Shown: piece after piece, positions 1 through 13,719 of the stretch
Layout: each line of letters starts with the position of its first letter
How positions within the stretch are numbered: position 1 is the stretch's first letter
NCBI RefSeq assembly: GCF_009834535.1
Contig: NC_045708.1
Location: forward strand, 37,572,001 to 37,636,000
Direction: 5' to 3'
Length of the DNA stretch: 64,000 nucleotides
Origin: Camelus ferus
Taxonomy: Eukaryota
Notes under the pieces: generated by a model
Seen by the model: only the letters and a program-made list of their open reading frames with translations
What the model was told of the DNA's origin: nothing
The model's database searches: none
Program-made: the position numbers and the translations under genes

Positions 1-495
1 GAAATAGATGTGGTATATTTATACAATGGAATACTACTCAGCCATAAAAACCGACAACATAATGCCATTTGCAGCAACATGGATGCTCCTGGAGAATGTC
101 ATTCTAAGTGAAGTAAGCCAGAAAGAGAAAGAAAAATATCATATGAGATCGCTCATATGTGGAATCTAAAAAACAAAAACAAAAACAAACAAACAAAAAC
201 AAAGCATAAATACAGGACAGAAATAGACTCATAGACAGAGAATACAGACTTGTGGTTGCCGGTGGTGGGGAGGGTGGGAAGGGATAGACTAGGATTTCAA
301 AATTGTAGAATAGATAAACAAGACTATACTGTATAGAACGGAAATATACACAAAATGTTATGATAACTCACAGAGAAAAAAAATGTGACAATGAGTGTGT
401 ATATGTCCATGAATGACTGAAAAATTGAGGTGAACACTGGAATTTGACACAACATTGTAAAATGATTATAAATCAATAAAAATGTTAAAAAAAAA
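1..495 (+). mobile_element. L1 (LINE-1) 3' end, camelid-type, runs off the window start
   Basis: Classic L1 3' motifs (tactactcagccataaaaa, aatgccatttgcagcaacatggatg, ctaagtgaagtaagccag), a G-rich tract, then AATAAA and an A-tail ending near 495. Confidence 0.9.
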
Positions 496-1239
496 GAAAT
501 AGATGGCATGAAGGAAAAAATGGGAAATAAAAACAAGTAAATAAATTATCATTAGCCTATTCCAACCTGAAGCCAAATTTTAGCATCAGGATAATATAAG
601 GTTGGATTTGTTTACTAGATACAAAATGGTGGCCTGTGAGGTTTTTATCAGATTAGATTCAGAATTACCACCTTAAATTTCTTAATAAGAATAAAGCAAA
701 ATAGGGGTAAGTGATTTCATTGAAGATCTAAAACACAAGTTAGTAAAACTAAGAAACGCTGGAGTTGATATATTTGTAGAGGAAAGTCCTCTTTTATATG
801 GATGTGGAAAGAGAAGGCAAGATACATTAAATATGGGATGTTCTTTTGACTTAGAATCTCAGTGTGTATGTTCTCTGAGAATCCAGAGGGTAGAAGAAAC
901 TATTGTAATTAGCTAAATTAATTTTAGTTACTTGAGTTCAGTACAGCAATAAAAAGACAAAAAAAAAAAAAGAATGCTAAATGTATCATATGCTTAGGTT
1001 GTAATACAAATCACCTGTAAACTATACAGAGAATTTTTGGATTCGTTGAATTTTTACTAATAATGACTGTGATGTTTCACTTTTTTTTCATTATTTGGTA
1101 GTTCCTTTGTCACTTTAATAAATAATAATATTCTGTTTTGTCTTTGAGAAGGTGAAGGAGTTGTACCACATCAGAGACACCAAAAAAAAAAGCTCTTTCT
1201 TGGCAGAGTAAGAAGGTTAGCCCTCTTCTTTGATTGCAG

Positions 1240-4200
1240 ATGATGAAAGCCATGAACAAGTCCAATGAGCATGTCCTGGCAGGAGGTGCCTGCTTCAATG
1301 AGAAGGCAGACTCTCACCTTGTGTGTGTACAGAATGATGATGGGAACTATCAGACCCAGGCTATCAGTATTCACAATCAGCCCAGAAAGGGTGAGTATTT
1401 GAGTTGAGTTTATGAGAATGGAAGCTTATACTGCACGTGGACAGTTGGATATCTCAGGCCCATAACACTGACTGTCTAGATAGGTGACCACAAACAACTT
1501 GATTAAATTAACCTTTCAGGCTTATTCTCTAGGATTATATTTACTACCCAAATAGCCAGACTTAGAGTTGTAAATGGAATCATTGTTATTGAGGGGAACA
1601 TCTTGAAAATATTGCCTCAGGATATGACAGGGCCTGCATATTTGAAGGTGGGAGACTAGGCCCCATAGTGAGAATATACTTAGGTAGATTTAGAGCTTTT
1701 TGAATGACTGTGCCCAAAGAATGTTTAATTAATAGGTTGACACGATTCTGAAGGAAGTCTTCTAGGTTAGGTGATAACTCAGAATGTGGTCTCATCCCTT
1801 AGGAGATTGTAGAAATGCAGAATCTACACCCCAGATCTGCTAAATCAGAATTTGCATTTTAACATGATCGCGGTGTGATTCAAGTACACATTAGAATTTA
1901 AGAAGCACTGCTCAACATGCCATTTCCTAAAGTGTGTTAATCAGGTTCTGTGAGTTTTTAAAATATTCACATAAGTAAAACTTTTGCTAATTACATTAGA
2001 CTAAGAAAGTTTAAGCAGATTTCATTACTGCAGCATTTTTCAGAGCCTGTAACAAGCTGATGTGTATTGTGATCTTCCAAAGAGAGATTAGTGTCTAGGC
2101 CTTCTCAAATTTATTTGGCCATGAATCTTTTTTTCCATCAGAGTATTCCTAAAACTAGCTTTCTTCAGTATGCTTTGTGAAAGACTTCTCTAGTAGACAT
2201 ACTGTAGGTCATTGTCTTCAGTATGTTTTTTAAGTCATTTGTGTAGTAAAGATATAAAAGCATATGTATATTCAAATGTGATATCTCAAATAAATCAGAT
2301 GATTAAATCCATTATGCTCCCTATTAATCAAATCATATCTAGACTATTTGAGTAAGTTCTGGATATTATTAAAGTAATTAAAGATGTCCTTTGATAAAAC
2401 TGATTCAAGCAAGGCCTGTGAGAGGTTTGGAAACTAGGTCAAAGGGAGAGCTCTTGAATAAAGTATAAATGTTTAACCTGGAAAAAGTATAGACTGAAAG
2501 AGGGTGAAAAATAGCTATCTCTATTTTTAACATTTTCTGTTATGTGGAAATAAGATGCAGTTTTTTCTCTGTAGCTACAAAAGACCAAAGCCAGCACCAG
2601 TGGGTGAAAGTTACACGGATCTAGATTTGGGCTCAATTTGAGAGCAGGCTCTGTAACACTGAGAGCTATCCAGAAATAGAATGGGTTGCCTTGTGCTGCT
2701 GTGTCCTCCCTGTCACCAGGGGTCTCTGACAAAGGCTGGATGACCTACCCATTAGAGATACTGTAGAGCCAATGGTAGGAGGTTGGAATAGCACAGTCCA
2801 ATTTAAGATGTGGAGAAATAATGACCATAGTGAAATTTTCATAAAGTTAAGTGTAATTAAATACCCTTTCTTTTATGAAGAGGTGTTTGACTTTCAAATA
2901 GGTATTTATTTTTTTAATGGCTCCACTTGGTAAGTAAAATAGTTGGCAACCATATCTTCATATTCAAAATATATTTGACCTAAAAAAACCAATGAATTAA
3001 ATCAGGGGTCAGCATACTTTTTCTGTGAATGGCTAGCTGATGTATATTTTTAGGCTTTGCAGGCCTGTGGTCTTTATCACTAACACTCTGGCATCATACT
3101 TCAAAAACTGCCATAGACAGTATGTAAATGAATGAATGTGGCTGTGTTCAAATAAAATTTTATTTACAAAAACAGGCTGCAGGTCAAGCCTTAGTCTTGA
3201 CCACTAAGATTTCTTTGCTTCTTGATTGAAGGAAAAGCAGAACAAAAATGGGAGAGTGCATCTTAAAACCTCATTCCCTAAGCTATCATAAGCACATGAG
3301 TTGTTGGTTACTTGTGTATTGTGGGGTATGCATTCAGTGTTTTTTGTTTTCTGTATGATGGTGGTTGGAGTCCCCAATTACCAAATATTTTATTGTTATT
3401 TTCACTCCCTCCATCACAGAGTCTTCTTCACTAAACTATTTCCATTGCTGTTTTAGTGACTGGTGCCAGTTTCTTTGTGTTCAGTGGCGCTCTGAAATCC
3501 TCTTCAGGATATCTTGCCAAGTCCAGTATTGTGGAAGGTAAAGACTGAGTTATTTACCGCATATACATTAGGTCAGTCCTAATTGTACAACTGAAAAGCA
3601 AGGGACATTAAAGTCATGATACTTTTGCCGTAGATTTCTGACTCCTGTTATTTAGTCAATAGCATGTCACTTCAGCTAATTAAGACTATCATAAGGGTGC
3701 TTGCCTCTCCAAAGAAGGGAGTAAGTGGTAGAGATTTCATGGAACACTGACATAAAAATCAAGAGATGGCCTTTCAGAGCTCTGGGATAAGGTACCCAAG
3801 GAGATGTAGTCTGAGTACAGATATATCATTGGGTGTGAATCTGTAAATATGTAGGTGAAGTTCAGCCCACAAGAAAGCTGCAGTCACCATGTGGTGACAG
3901 ACTGGGATGCATTTGTTGCTGGTTTGCTATAATTAGACATGACACACATCCCAACAAGTTAATTAAGTGAAACTTAATGAAAGGCTAATGAGCATACTAT
4001 TTATTTTCTTTCTCAGTTATTCTTCACTGTATTTTGATCTGGTTACTCTGTTGCATAATAAATTAACCCAGAATTTAATGTCTTAAAACTACTAATCATG
4101 CTCACTTATTCCTCTGGGTCTGCCTGTGACAGGGCAATGCAGGGATGGCTTGACCCTGCTCAGTGATGTATGGGGCCTCATTTGGGATGACTTGAAGGCT

Positions 4201-7200
4201 GGTGGTTACTTGATGGCTGGGAATTAGAACTGTCTGAAGATTTGTTGACTCACATGTCTGGAGCCTGGCCTGGTATGATTTAAAAACTAGGAGTGATGAC
4301 TGGAGTCTTTACACATTGGACTCCTTAGCATGGCAGCCTTGGGACAGTTGGACTTCTTGCACAGTGGCTCAGGACTCCAACCAAGCACAAGTGTTCAGCA
4401 CAAGGCAGAAGCTGCATTGCTTTTTATGACCCCACCTCGAAAGTCAGTGTCACTTCCCCCATACTCTGATGTTGGAAGTGGTCATAAGCCTGCCCAGATT
4501 CAAGAAGAGAGGAGTTAGACGCCACTTCTTGATGGGGAAATGGAAAGGTAGCATTGTAGAAAAGTACGTGAAATGGGAAATATTGTTGTCACCTTTGAAA
4601 AATACTATCTGCCAGATATGATGATAGGTTTTCATTTCCACAGTAGCTCACTCCAGCCCCGTAAGAGCAGTTCTTCCTGAGGGTGGATTCCACTGTGTTA
4701 ATCGAAATTCTTAGGTTATCTTACGTATGTTGATAGATAATGACTTTGATCTCCTTTACTGTAAACTTAATGAAGAGTAAAGTACGCTAATATTTCACAA
4801 CTAAATTTCACAGGTCTAACTACAAAGCAGAAATATGCTATTAAGAAATTAAGAAATCTAGGAATTAAACAGTTATTTGGCATTGACTAATTAATGCCTA
4901 CATGATCAAGTATTGACTACATTTGAATTGTCTTTACAAGATGATTAAATAGCACCCCTTAAATGTTGTCGAACTAATACATTGAACTGATACAGATCCT
5001 TACAGATGCAAAGCGATGTATTTAAAAGTTACATTTATGTCTTTGGGTTAGGAATTTCTTAGGTCTTACATTTCACTGTGTGTGTCAATAGAGCAATTGG
5101 CTCCCTATTTATGAAATTCTTATTGAAGCTCTTTAGAATTTATTTCAGCTGACAAGATTTTGTATCAGTGAAGCAGGGTAATTGCTCAGCATGTGCCAAC
5201 TTTCACTCTCAGTTTGAATGTTTGCCTTTGATTCAGGTAGGTAGCAGCCCCAAAATGGTTGCCATCTGTTGGCTGCATGGGAGCTCATGTAAAACACATG
5301 TGGTAGGTTTGCCTTATTGCTAGTCAGTAAGTCGATTTATTCCCCATCCCACTGCTGTTGTTTATTCAGTGGTTTATTTAACACACATTTAGTGGACATG
5401 CACTGTATGCCATCATAATAATGTGAGAGAGACAGAGGTGCAAACAAATAAATATGCCTCAAGCATGATAAATGCAACAGTGGAAACAGGAACAATGCTC
5501 TGTGAGTCCAAAAGAGGGATGTGACCATGTGTAAGTTTCCCTTTGAGCCATCTCAGGAGAAAGTAAAATCAACAGGCAAGTGTTTTAAGCAGAATCCATC
5601 TGGGCACTTGCTCCTCCTTAACACTTTCAATAAGTAAGAGGTTCAGCTCCAAGAACAAAACCTCTTAGTATCTGTCAGCTTTAGACAGCAGGGCAGATAT
5701 TTACATTTAACCCTAGAGGGATTTGCTAGATCCCAGGTACCTGGTTTCATCTGCCCCTCTCCCTGGCTTTGTGTTGTTCCATCTGTATTGTCTTGGTTCT
5801 GGTTCTCAGATGGTGTTATGGTCCAGATCACGGCAGAAAACATGGACGCCTTGAGGCAGGCACTGCGGGAGATGAAGGACTTCACCATCACCTGTGGCAA
5901 GGCAGATGCCGAGGATCCCCAGGAGCACATCCACATCCAGTGGGTGGATGATGACAAGAATGTTAACAAAGGGTAAATGTGGAGAACTTCCCTACCTGTG
6001 GCATTCATTATGGGCTAGGCCCTAGGTTTTGTCTGTACTGGTGTTTTACAACTTTACTGACAGCCCTGCCTAAGAAGAAGGACAGCTTTGTATACATAAC
6101 ATGGAATTTTAAATTTCTGGTTTCTTGGCTTAATTTCTGAAGGAGTTTCTGTGCACATGTATGAACGGAGGAGGTGGCGGAAAGGAGTTGATGAATCAGA
6201 ACAATCCCTCTAAAGTTATTGAGATAATAGCAACACCTAAGACTATGGTTTACAAAGCACTTTTGCTAATATTGTTTCATTTGATAGAACAACTAGTGTT
6301 GTTATTTCCATATTACAGATGAGTAAATAAACACCAAAAGGCTAAAATCACTCCACAAAGCTAGGAAGTGGCAGGGCTAGGACTTAAAACCACGTCTCTG
6401 GGCTTCAGATCCTATACTCTTTCTAGCACATGGCAACTCTCGTCCAACGGTTCAGTCCAAAACCTTGGAGTCATCTCTGACACTTTTCTCTCATACCTTA
6501 TACCTGATCCAGCAGTAAATCCTGTTTACTTTAAAATATATCCAGAATTCTCCCTCTTCTCACTGCCTCTGCTGCCATCATTTGGTCTGCATTACTGCAG
6601 TAGCCTCCAAATTGGTTTCTTTCTTTCCAGTCTTCGCCTCCTCCCTCCCCTCAACCTAATCTATTTCCAATACAGCAGCCAGAGCAATGTCACTTCTTTG
6701 CTCAAAACCCACCACTGGCTTCCAGCATCATTCAGGGTAAAAGCCAAAGTCTTTTCCAACTTACAGGGCCTCACACAGCCTGTGCTTTCCTCCCCTACTG
6801 TCTCACTTCTCAGAAGCAACACTTGCCGTCTTGCTTAAACAGACTATCTGTACTTCTGCCCGCGGACCTTTGTACTTTGTTTTCTTAGCTTGTACTCTGT
6901 TCCTAGATAGCTATGTGAGTTACTCCCTCACAGCCTTCAAGTTTTTTCTAAAATGTCATTTTCTCATTAAGGCCTTCCCTGGCCAGCTTACGACATTATA
7001 ACCCTCTCACACATTTCTTGCTTCCCCCACCGGTACTTCCAGTCCCCCTTCCCTGCACTGTGTTTAAGAGCACTTACAACTCTCTAGCATACGATATATT
7101 TTTACTTATTTATTTAATTATATTGCTCCTGAGATGTAAGAGCAGGGGGTTTTGTCTGGTTTATATACTATATTACCAGCCCCTAAAACACTGTCTGGAA

Positions 7201-10200
7201 CCTACTATGTTCTTTAAAAAAAATTAATTACTTGAATAAATATGTCATACTTTATTGTATTACACTTTCTCCCATCCATCCGTCAGGCAATAAATCTATG
7301 TGTGGGCTTCTGGAAATACAGAAATGAATTCCACACGGTCCTTGCCTACAGGTGGCTCAATTCCATTTTGAAGGTAGTTATAAATAAGTGCACCAAAGTA
7401 TGAAAAATGCTTGTAGAAAACTGTGGGATAGTGAGGATAAAAAAGAAATGAGGAAGCTTGGTAGAGGTGGTAGGGCGGTACTGAGGAACAACTTCATAGA
7501 GAAATGGCTGCTGCTTGGCCTGAATCTGGTAAGAAGAGTAGACACTGACCACGACCCTTGGGCAGGGCAGGCACGGCAGTCTGAGGGGAGAGCAGGAGCA
7601 AGGGCAGGTAGAGGGCGTTGACAACGTGGCATACCACATTTTGTTTTTTAAAGGTTTTAAAACTTTTATTATTGGACAAAAAGAAGTAATTTCTAAATCA
7701 GTGACTGCATTTGCCTATTTTGCAAATAACCCTTTATCTTCCCGTACTTCCCTGGAAATTTTAATTTCAAAATCAATTTGTGTTTAGTTCTCTGTTATAG
7801 TTGGAAATGAACACATGATTTTTAGGACAAAAAATCAATCATCTGAAAATCTGATGCCATAAGGTATTGGTAACTAACCAGTAGGTTGCCCCTTCCGACA
7901 AGTGCCAGTGGCAGCATCTTAGAAAAAAGGATAATAACAAGTCAGGGCAGTCTCTCGAACCCAGGAGTTTAGTTTGTAGTTTGTAGACTGAATGCTTTCC
8001 AGCTTGTCCCTCGGTGTCAGAGTACCCTCTCTCAAAAGGGTGATAATCAGCTGAGGGTGCTCTATTTTTGACATTGTTGTCTGATGATTTATAAATTAAA
8101 CTTAACATTGTCTACAATATTTTAATTCATGTAAATGAAATGAATCCCTGATATTGAAGCTTGGGTTAAATTTGATCTTTTATGCAGAGAGATTTGAAAA
8201 CATAAGCAAGTTTTAAATTGTTAGGAAAAGTTTGGAATCTTTGCAACAGTTATTTTGCATCCTCATCGGAATGAGCAGTATCTCTATATATTTATACTTG
8301 TTATATTTCAGAGAGGAAATGACTATAAAATATGGCCTTTCTATTCAGGAATCTGGGAGTGATAATTTAGCACTGAAGGGAATGCTTGTTCATCAGTTCA
8401 CACCAGCACTGTCATAATTAACATACTTGGTCAAATAATTCCTTTAATCAATGAACATTCATTAAACTCCTACATTCTAAGCAGTGTGTCAGAACTGAGA
8501 ATATAGCACACAGAGGTGAGTTTATAATATTCCCACCCCTTCAGAAGTTCATTAGTGAGGCAGACACACAACTGTATGAAGAGTGTCGCGTGAGTAGTGT
8601 TGTTGCAGTCAGGAGCAGAGGGGAGAGCGAGACTGGGTGGGTGGCCGTGCAGTCACTGAAGGGAAGAATGCTGGAGGAAGAGAGCAGATTTGAGTCAACG
8701 ATTTATTTACATTAAAAGATTCAGCTCTGGAATCATGACTCCTTTTTCATATGTGTGTGTTTTGAATTATTTCAGTGCCTAGGCCCTTCCCCTGAGAGCT
8801 CTGTTCATGTAGTTTTGTACAGTGGCTTCTTTTGTGATGTGTTGTACAGATGTGTTCAGGAAGGCACATCTTCTAACTTTAAGAGCTGCTTCCATCTCTT
8901 TCCTTTCCCCCTGTTTTAGTGTCATAAGTCCTATAGATGGGAAGTCCATGGAGTCCATAACAAGTGTGAAGATATTCCATGGATCAGAGTATAAAGCAAA
9001 TGGAAAAGTCATCAGATGGACAGAGGTAAGGAAATGAAACTTGGCATCCTTGATCCCCTTTTAGCACAACTTTTTGCTCAGCCCAGAGACGTATTCTGGG
9101 CTGATTCTGGAGGATAAGAAAAAAAATCTCTGTTTACCATCTATATTCCAGCTCCCTCTGGTCTATCTTAGCTAACTGGGAAGAAATGCACCAGTTGTGG
9201 CCTGCAGCCGTCTGATGTCTCTTCTGTAGCTTTTAGAGATTTATTTGCATTGAAATTCAAGAAGGGTGTGTCTTTGAAGAGTACATACCATCTTTACTGG
9301 ATTCTTCAGAAAGCTGGGCTGGTTATGCTGCACTCAGTTAAAACTATCTTAGATAGAGTCATTTCACCAATAAGAAAACTGAAGCCCAGAAAGTAACTTG
9401 TCCAATATTACATGGCAAAAGAGTAATGGCAAAGTCCTGATCCAAACCCGGATCTGGCTACCTCCTGAGGTCATTTCCACTATATTTTTTCCGTAACTTG
9501 AAAGCCGTATTATACTACTCAGCCATAAAAAAAATAATAAAATAATGCCATTTGCAGCAACATGGATGGACCTGGAGAATGTCATTCTAAATGAAGTAAG
9601 CCAGAAAGAGAAAGAAAAATACCATATGATATCACTTACATGTGGAACCTAAAAAAAAAAAAAAAGACAAACGAACTTATTTACAAAATAGAAACAGACT
9701 CACAGACAGAAAACAAACCAATGGTTATGGGGACGGGGGAATGGGGGGAAGGGATAAGTTGGGAGTTTGAGATTTGCAGATACTAACTAATATATAAAAA
9801 ATAAGTAAACAAGTTTATACTGTATAGCACAGGGAACTATATTCAATATTTTGTAGTAACTTATGGTGAAAGAGAGTATATATATGTTCCTATATGACTG
9901 AAGCATTGTGCTGTACACCAGAAATTGACACATTGTAAACTGAATATACTTGAATAAAAATACATAAAAATGAATTAAAAAAATAAAACACACACACAAA
10001 AGAAAGCTATATTAGAGGCTAACCTGGGAATGAGAGGAGCAGGACAGGGACCCTGTATGTCTGTACATACCAGACATAAAGTGTATTTTCTGAGAATAAC
10101 TAGGTAGGTCTTAGGTCCATTAATTTGTTTTGAACTTCATTTATATTCATCTTTAAGGCAAAGCATTCAATTATGAGAGTTCTAGGATTTCTTACAGCTG

Positions 10201-13200
10201 TAAAAGTCTTAATTTTTAAAAACATTTACAAAGTTCTGACTTACAACTTTCCATTTTACACACAAGGTAACTGAGGCCAAGGGAAGTAAAGTGCCTCACC
10301 CAAGTTTACTAGTTGGCTCCTGATAACGCAGAGATTAGAACCTGGTTCTTCAGTTCTTGAGCTGTTGTTACAGGTGACTTATCTTTCATACCAGGCTTGG
10401 TGTTTTCATAGGCAGCTAAGTGGTTCTAGCTGCTTGCTTTGTAATGATTATCCCTTTGACATATTTTGAGTAGCACAGGGTCTGGAACATGTAAAACTCT
10501 TTATTGCTTACAGAGTAGTTTGACCTCTGTTCCCACCTTTTTGCTCCCCAGTAACCCAGTGAGGTAGGCAGAGGAGCCATCTCATTACATGAGAAACGTC
10601 TCAGAGAAGCCCTGGGACTTTGTGACTTGCTTAATGCAGGTTACTAGCAGAGCAGGTGCCAGAGGTCTCCTGACTCCCACCCCAGAGCCCTTTCCCTTGT
10701 TTCATGCCACCACTCCCTCTAGTGCATCGGGCACAGGGCTTCAGAGCTGCCCCTTGTAGTCTTAGTATCTAAGTTGCTGATTGAGCAGGAAGCTAGGAGT
10801 TGGTATATAAAAGCACAGTGTATTTGCATATCCGTATCTTTTATGTTTTGTTTTGCTTTTGTATCATTTACTTTTTACGATAACCAGACAGGACAGATAC
10901 TTTCTACTTTACAGAGGCAAACTGGGCATTCAGAAGCCAAAGGACTTGCTTGTGATTCTCCCCTTATGTGACTACGACTCGGGTCTCTCAGTTCCACATC
11001 TGCTGTGCTTCTGCCCATGCCCAGTGCAGCTGCTCAGTTTGAGGACACTAACCTAGCTCTGCCCGCAGCAATAGCAGAGCCACATGGTGGGAAAAGCTCT
11101 GTAAGAAGAGGCAGGTCAGATTCTGGCCTTGGCCCTGAGCGGGTCACATCCCTTCTATGAGTAATCAGTAGTATAGAGGCGTTGGGTCATGTGATCTGTA
11201 AGGACTGTTCTCTTAGATTCTAAGATCACTTCCTAAGAAAACTGTCCACAGATGAGGGATTCCTTTAACAAGTGCACAATGCAAAATATAAGCCTATCCT
11301 GGTTCTGAGTAGAATATACTCTTATGACTATGGCCATGGCTTTCAGGGAGATAGGCAGGCTGCAGCTATCATTTTGTAGGTGCAGAGACTGAGAGGCAGA
11401 TTGTTTCTTAGGTGTAAGACGTCGGTGCCCTACGTTTCTTGACCCAAGGACTTCGTGGTGTTGTATGTGTTAGGTCTTCTTGCACATCTCAGGGAATCAG
11501 GGTGCTCACACATGCGAGCTGATGCACTCATTTCTTCCTATGTCTCCTGGGCACAAGGTTAAAAGGCTCTTTTGTTTGGGAAACAGGTGTTTTTCCTAGA
11601 AAATGACGACCAGCACAATTGCCTGAGTGATCCCGCAGATCACAGCCGACTGACCGAGCATGTTGCCAAGGCTTTTTGCCTTGCTCTGTGTCCTCACCTG
11701 AAGCTTCTGAAGGAAGATGGAATGACTAAATTGGGGCTGCGGGTGACCCTTGACTCAGATCAGGTAAAGTCTCAGCCTTTGAAGCGGGTCTGGGCAGTGT
11801 GTGTGTTTTCTGGCATTTCTGACAGCTTCTTTCTGAAGCTTTCCTGCTTCAGCCCAGACAGTATAATTCTCTGGACCTTGGGCCTGACCGGATGCAGTGC
11901 CTAGCTTTCCGTCTGTTAAGTAATACACCTGGATGTGCTGCTTGGTCAGACTCTGAACCATTTGAACTCTGGCCTCCTCACTTGAATGTCTTGCAAGGAC
12001 TTGTTTTTTTGTGTGGGGTAAGAAGTGTCTGAGGACCTGCCACCCCCGTGTGACTGACACTGGGGCTACCCTTTGAGACTCCCCAGCTCTACCCTTCAGG
12101 AATCGCTTTGCTTTCCTTAATCCAAGTACAGCAGGCTTCTGCCAGCTGGCCTCTGCAGCGCCCACTCCTCACAGTTTCCTTTCTGTCAGCATTTCCACGC
12201 TTGTTAGTGGGTGGACAGGGCCTGAGCTGTGTCCCCATGGACTTTCCTGTCAGCCCGGGTCTCTGTGGCCAGGCTTCCCTGTCTTTTGTGTGTGCTGTTT
12301 GCGGTCGCAGTCCAGTCTTCGTGCAGCATCCCCTGCCCCCGCCAGATGTCCTGGTCCTGGCATCTCTCCCTAGAGGCCTGGCACTAATCTCACTACATTT
12401 CTTTTGGATTTTGCATCCCTGTGACATGTCCCAGTGCTCCCACTTTGATGCAGAGGTTGTGTCATTCTCAGGGAAAATGTGTAAGGTTATGTATTTGGCT
12501 CCATTCCAGGACTAGTCATCAACCAACAAATACTTTCTACTCAAGGTCTTGCCTAGTGCTGTACTAAGCATATCAGGGTAAGACAAATGAAGTATTATGG
12601 TCCTTTCTCAAATAGTACTGATAATCTGGCTGGAGAGAGAATTACCTCGTATAAAGCAATTTAATAGCAAGTATTTTTCTGCTAAATATGTGAGCCTCTC
12701 AAGGGCAGGGGCCCCATTTATATTCACTTTGAATTCCTGTTTGTGGTGCTCAGAAAATGGAGTGTGGATGAGTGGTTGGAGGACAAATGTTCAGTTCCTG
12801 CTGTGGTAGAGAGTTGTACCCAGTATATTTCTCATTTTAATTTTCCCAACCAAAGGTTTACGTGCTATTTCTGACATTTCATACCTCTCTGTGCTCTCCC
12901 CCCCTTTTCCTGGGAAACTAAGACTGTAACAGATTAAGTGTCTTGCCCAAGGTCTCACAGTTACCAAGTGGCAGGGGCAGGATGAATAAATGACAGGGTA
13001 AGTAACAATTCAGGGAAGAGAAGGAGAAATTTGTGGTCATTACCCTGTGCCTGGCACTTGGCTAAGAAGGACATCTCCTTTTCCTGCTCAGCCTCCTTGG
13101 CCTTCTGGAGAGACCTACTCTGTCCAGTAACCTGTCACCCCCTTCTCTCTGTGGTGTAGGTTGGCTATCAAGCAGGGAGCAATGGCCAGCCCCTTCCCTC

Positions 13201-13321
13201 ACAGTACATGAACGATCTGGACAGCGCTTTGGTGCCGGTGATCCATGGAGGGGCCTGCCAGCTCAGTGAGGGCCCCATCGTCATGGAACTCATCTTTTAT
13301 ATTCTGGAAAACATCGCATAG
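1240..13321 (+). CDS. ZFYVE9: ZFYVE9 (SARA), last six coding exons, 5'-partial; C-terminal DUF3480 region. join(1240-1390,3457-3537,5810-5972,8920-9025,11587-11763,13160-13321)
   Basis: The 840 nt splice in frame through GT-AG introns to [31 protein letters not shown]...[31 protein letters not shown]...[12 protein letters not shown]...[22 protein letters not shown]...[16 protein letters not shown], with TAG at 13319-13321. This matches the recalled human ZFYVE9 C-terminus nearly residue for residue. Confidence 0.97.
1795..1915. mobile_element. MER5-like hAT-Charlie MITE fragment
   Basis: aaatgcagaatc...cccagatctgctaaatcagaatttgcattttaaca...aagaagcactg resembles MER5A/B. Confidence 0.6.
3003..3190. 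mobile_element. MER58A-like hAT-Charlie element
   Basis: caggggtcagca...tgtaaatgaatgaatgtggctgtgttcaaataaaattttatttacaaaaacaggc is typical of MER58. Confidence 0.7.
4025..4617. mobile_element. MLT1-family MaLR solo LTR
   Basis: MLT1-type blocks: gactcacatgtctgg, ggcagaagctgcattgctttttatgacc, aagcctgcccagattcaag, ccacttcttgatgggg. Confidence 0.7.
6400..7240 (+). mobile_element. L2 (LINE-2) 3' remnant, preceded by a MIR fragment at about 6230-6390
   Basis: L2 motifs: aaaatatatccagaattc, cattactgcagtagcctcc, cagcagccagag, ttgctcaaaaccc, aaggccttccctg, ctcctgagatgtaag. Confidence 0.75.
9513..10001 (+). mobile_element. 5'-truncated L1 3' end with target-site duplication
   Basis: Same L1 3' motifs as 1-495 but a different UTR subtype; A-rich tail; flanked by gaaagccgtatta (9500-9512) and gaaagctatatta (10002-10014). 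Confidence 0.88.
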
Positions 13322-13713
13322 AGAGGACTTCATTTTTTCTGTTCAGACCTGTTGCAACAGCAGTCATACCCAAATCATTTGCACTTTAGAACTGGAAGAT
13401 TAAGCTTTTGTTAACACTATTAATGGGAGGTGAGGGGGGTGGGAGTAGGGGTCTGGGGAACAGGGGTGGGAAAGGGTGGCTGGGGGGACAGATGTTCCAT
13501 AATTCTAAGTCTTCTATGCATTGTCCACCAAGAAGATCTGGGCAGCTTCTGTTACTGCACAACAGTTACGCTATCCTTGCAGCTAATCCCCTTCTGTTAC
13601 TGTTTAGACAAGAATTCTGCTCCTCTGTTTTAAGATTTACTTTTGGTCTTGTGCTCAGAAATGCTCAAAATGGGTACAGCCATCACCAAGGGTGGGGTGG
13701 GAGGGCAGAGGGA

Positions 13714-13719
13714 AATAAA
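13714..13719 (+). terminator. ZFYVE9: Candidate poly(A) signal (AATAAA) of ZFYVE9
   Basis: AATAAA about 390 nt after the stop codon, followed by T/GT-rich sequence (tcttgaactctttgt). The cleavage site cannot be seen from DNA alone. Confidence 0.6.

Noticed and set aside
6368-6838. 156-aa ORF
   Set aside because: Lies in MIR/L2 remnant sequence, is Leu/Ser-rich and starts at a non-ATG codon.
11755-12515. Three 112-136 aa ORFs in the last ZFYVE9 intron
   Set aside because: No recognisable protein family and no convincing exon boundaries; consistent with chance in a locally GC-rich intron.
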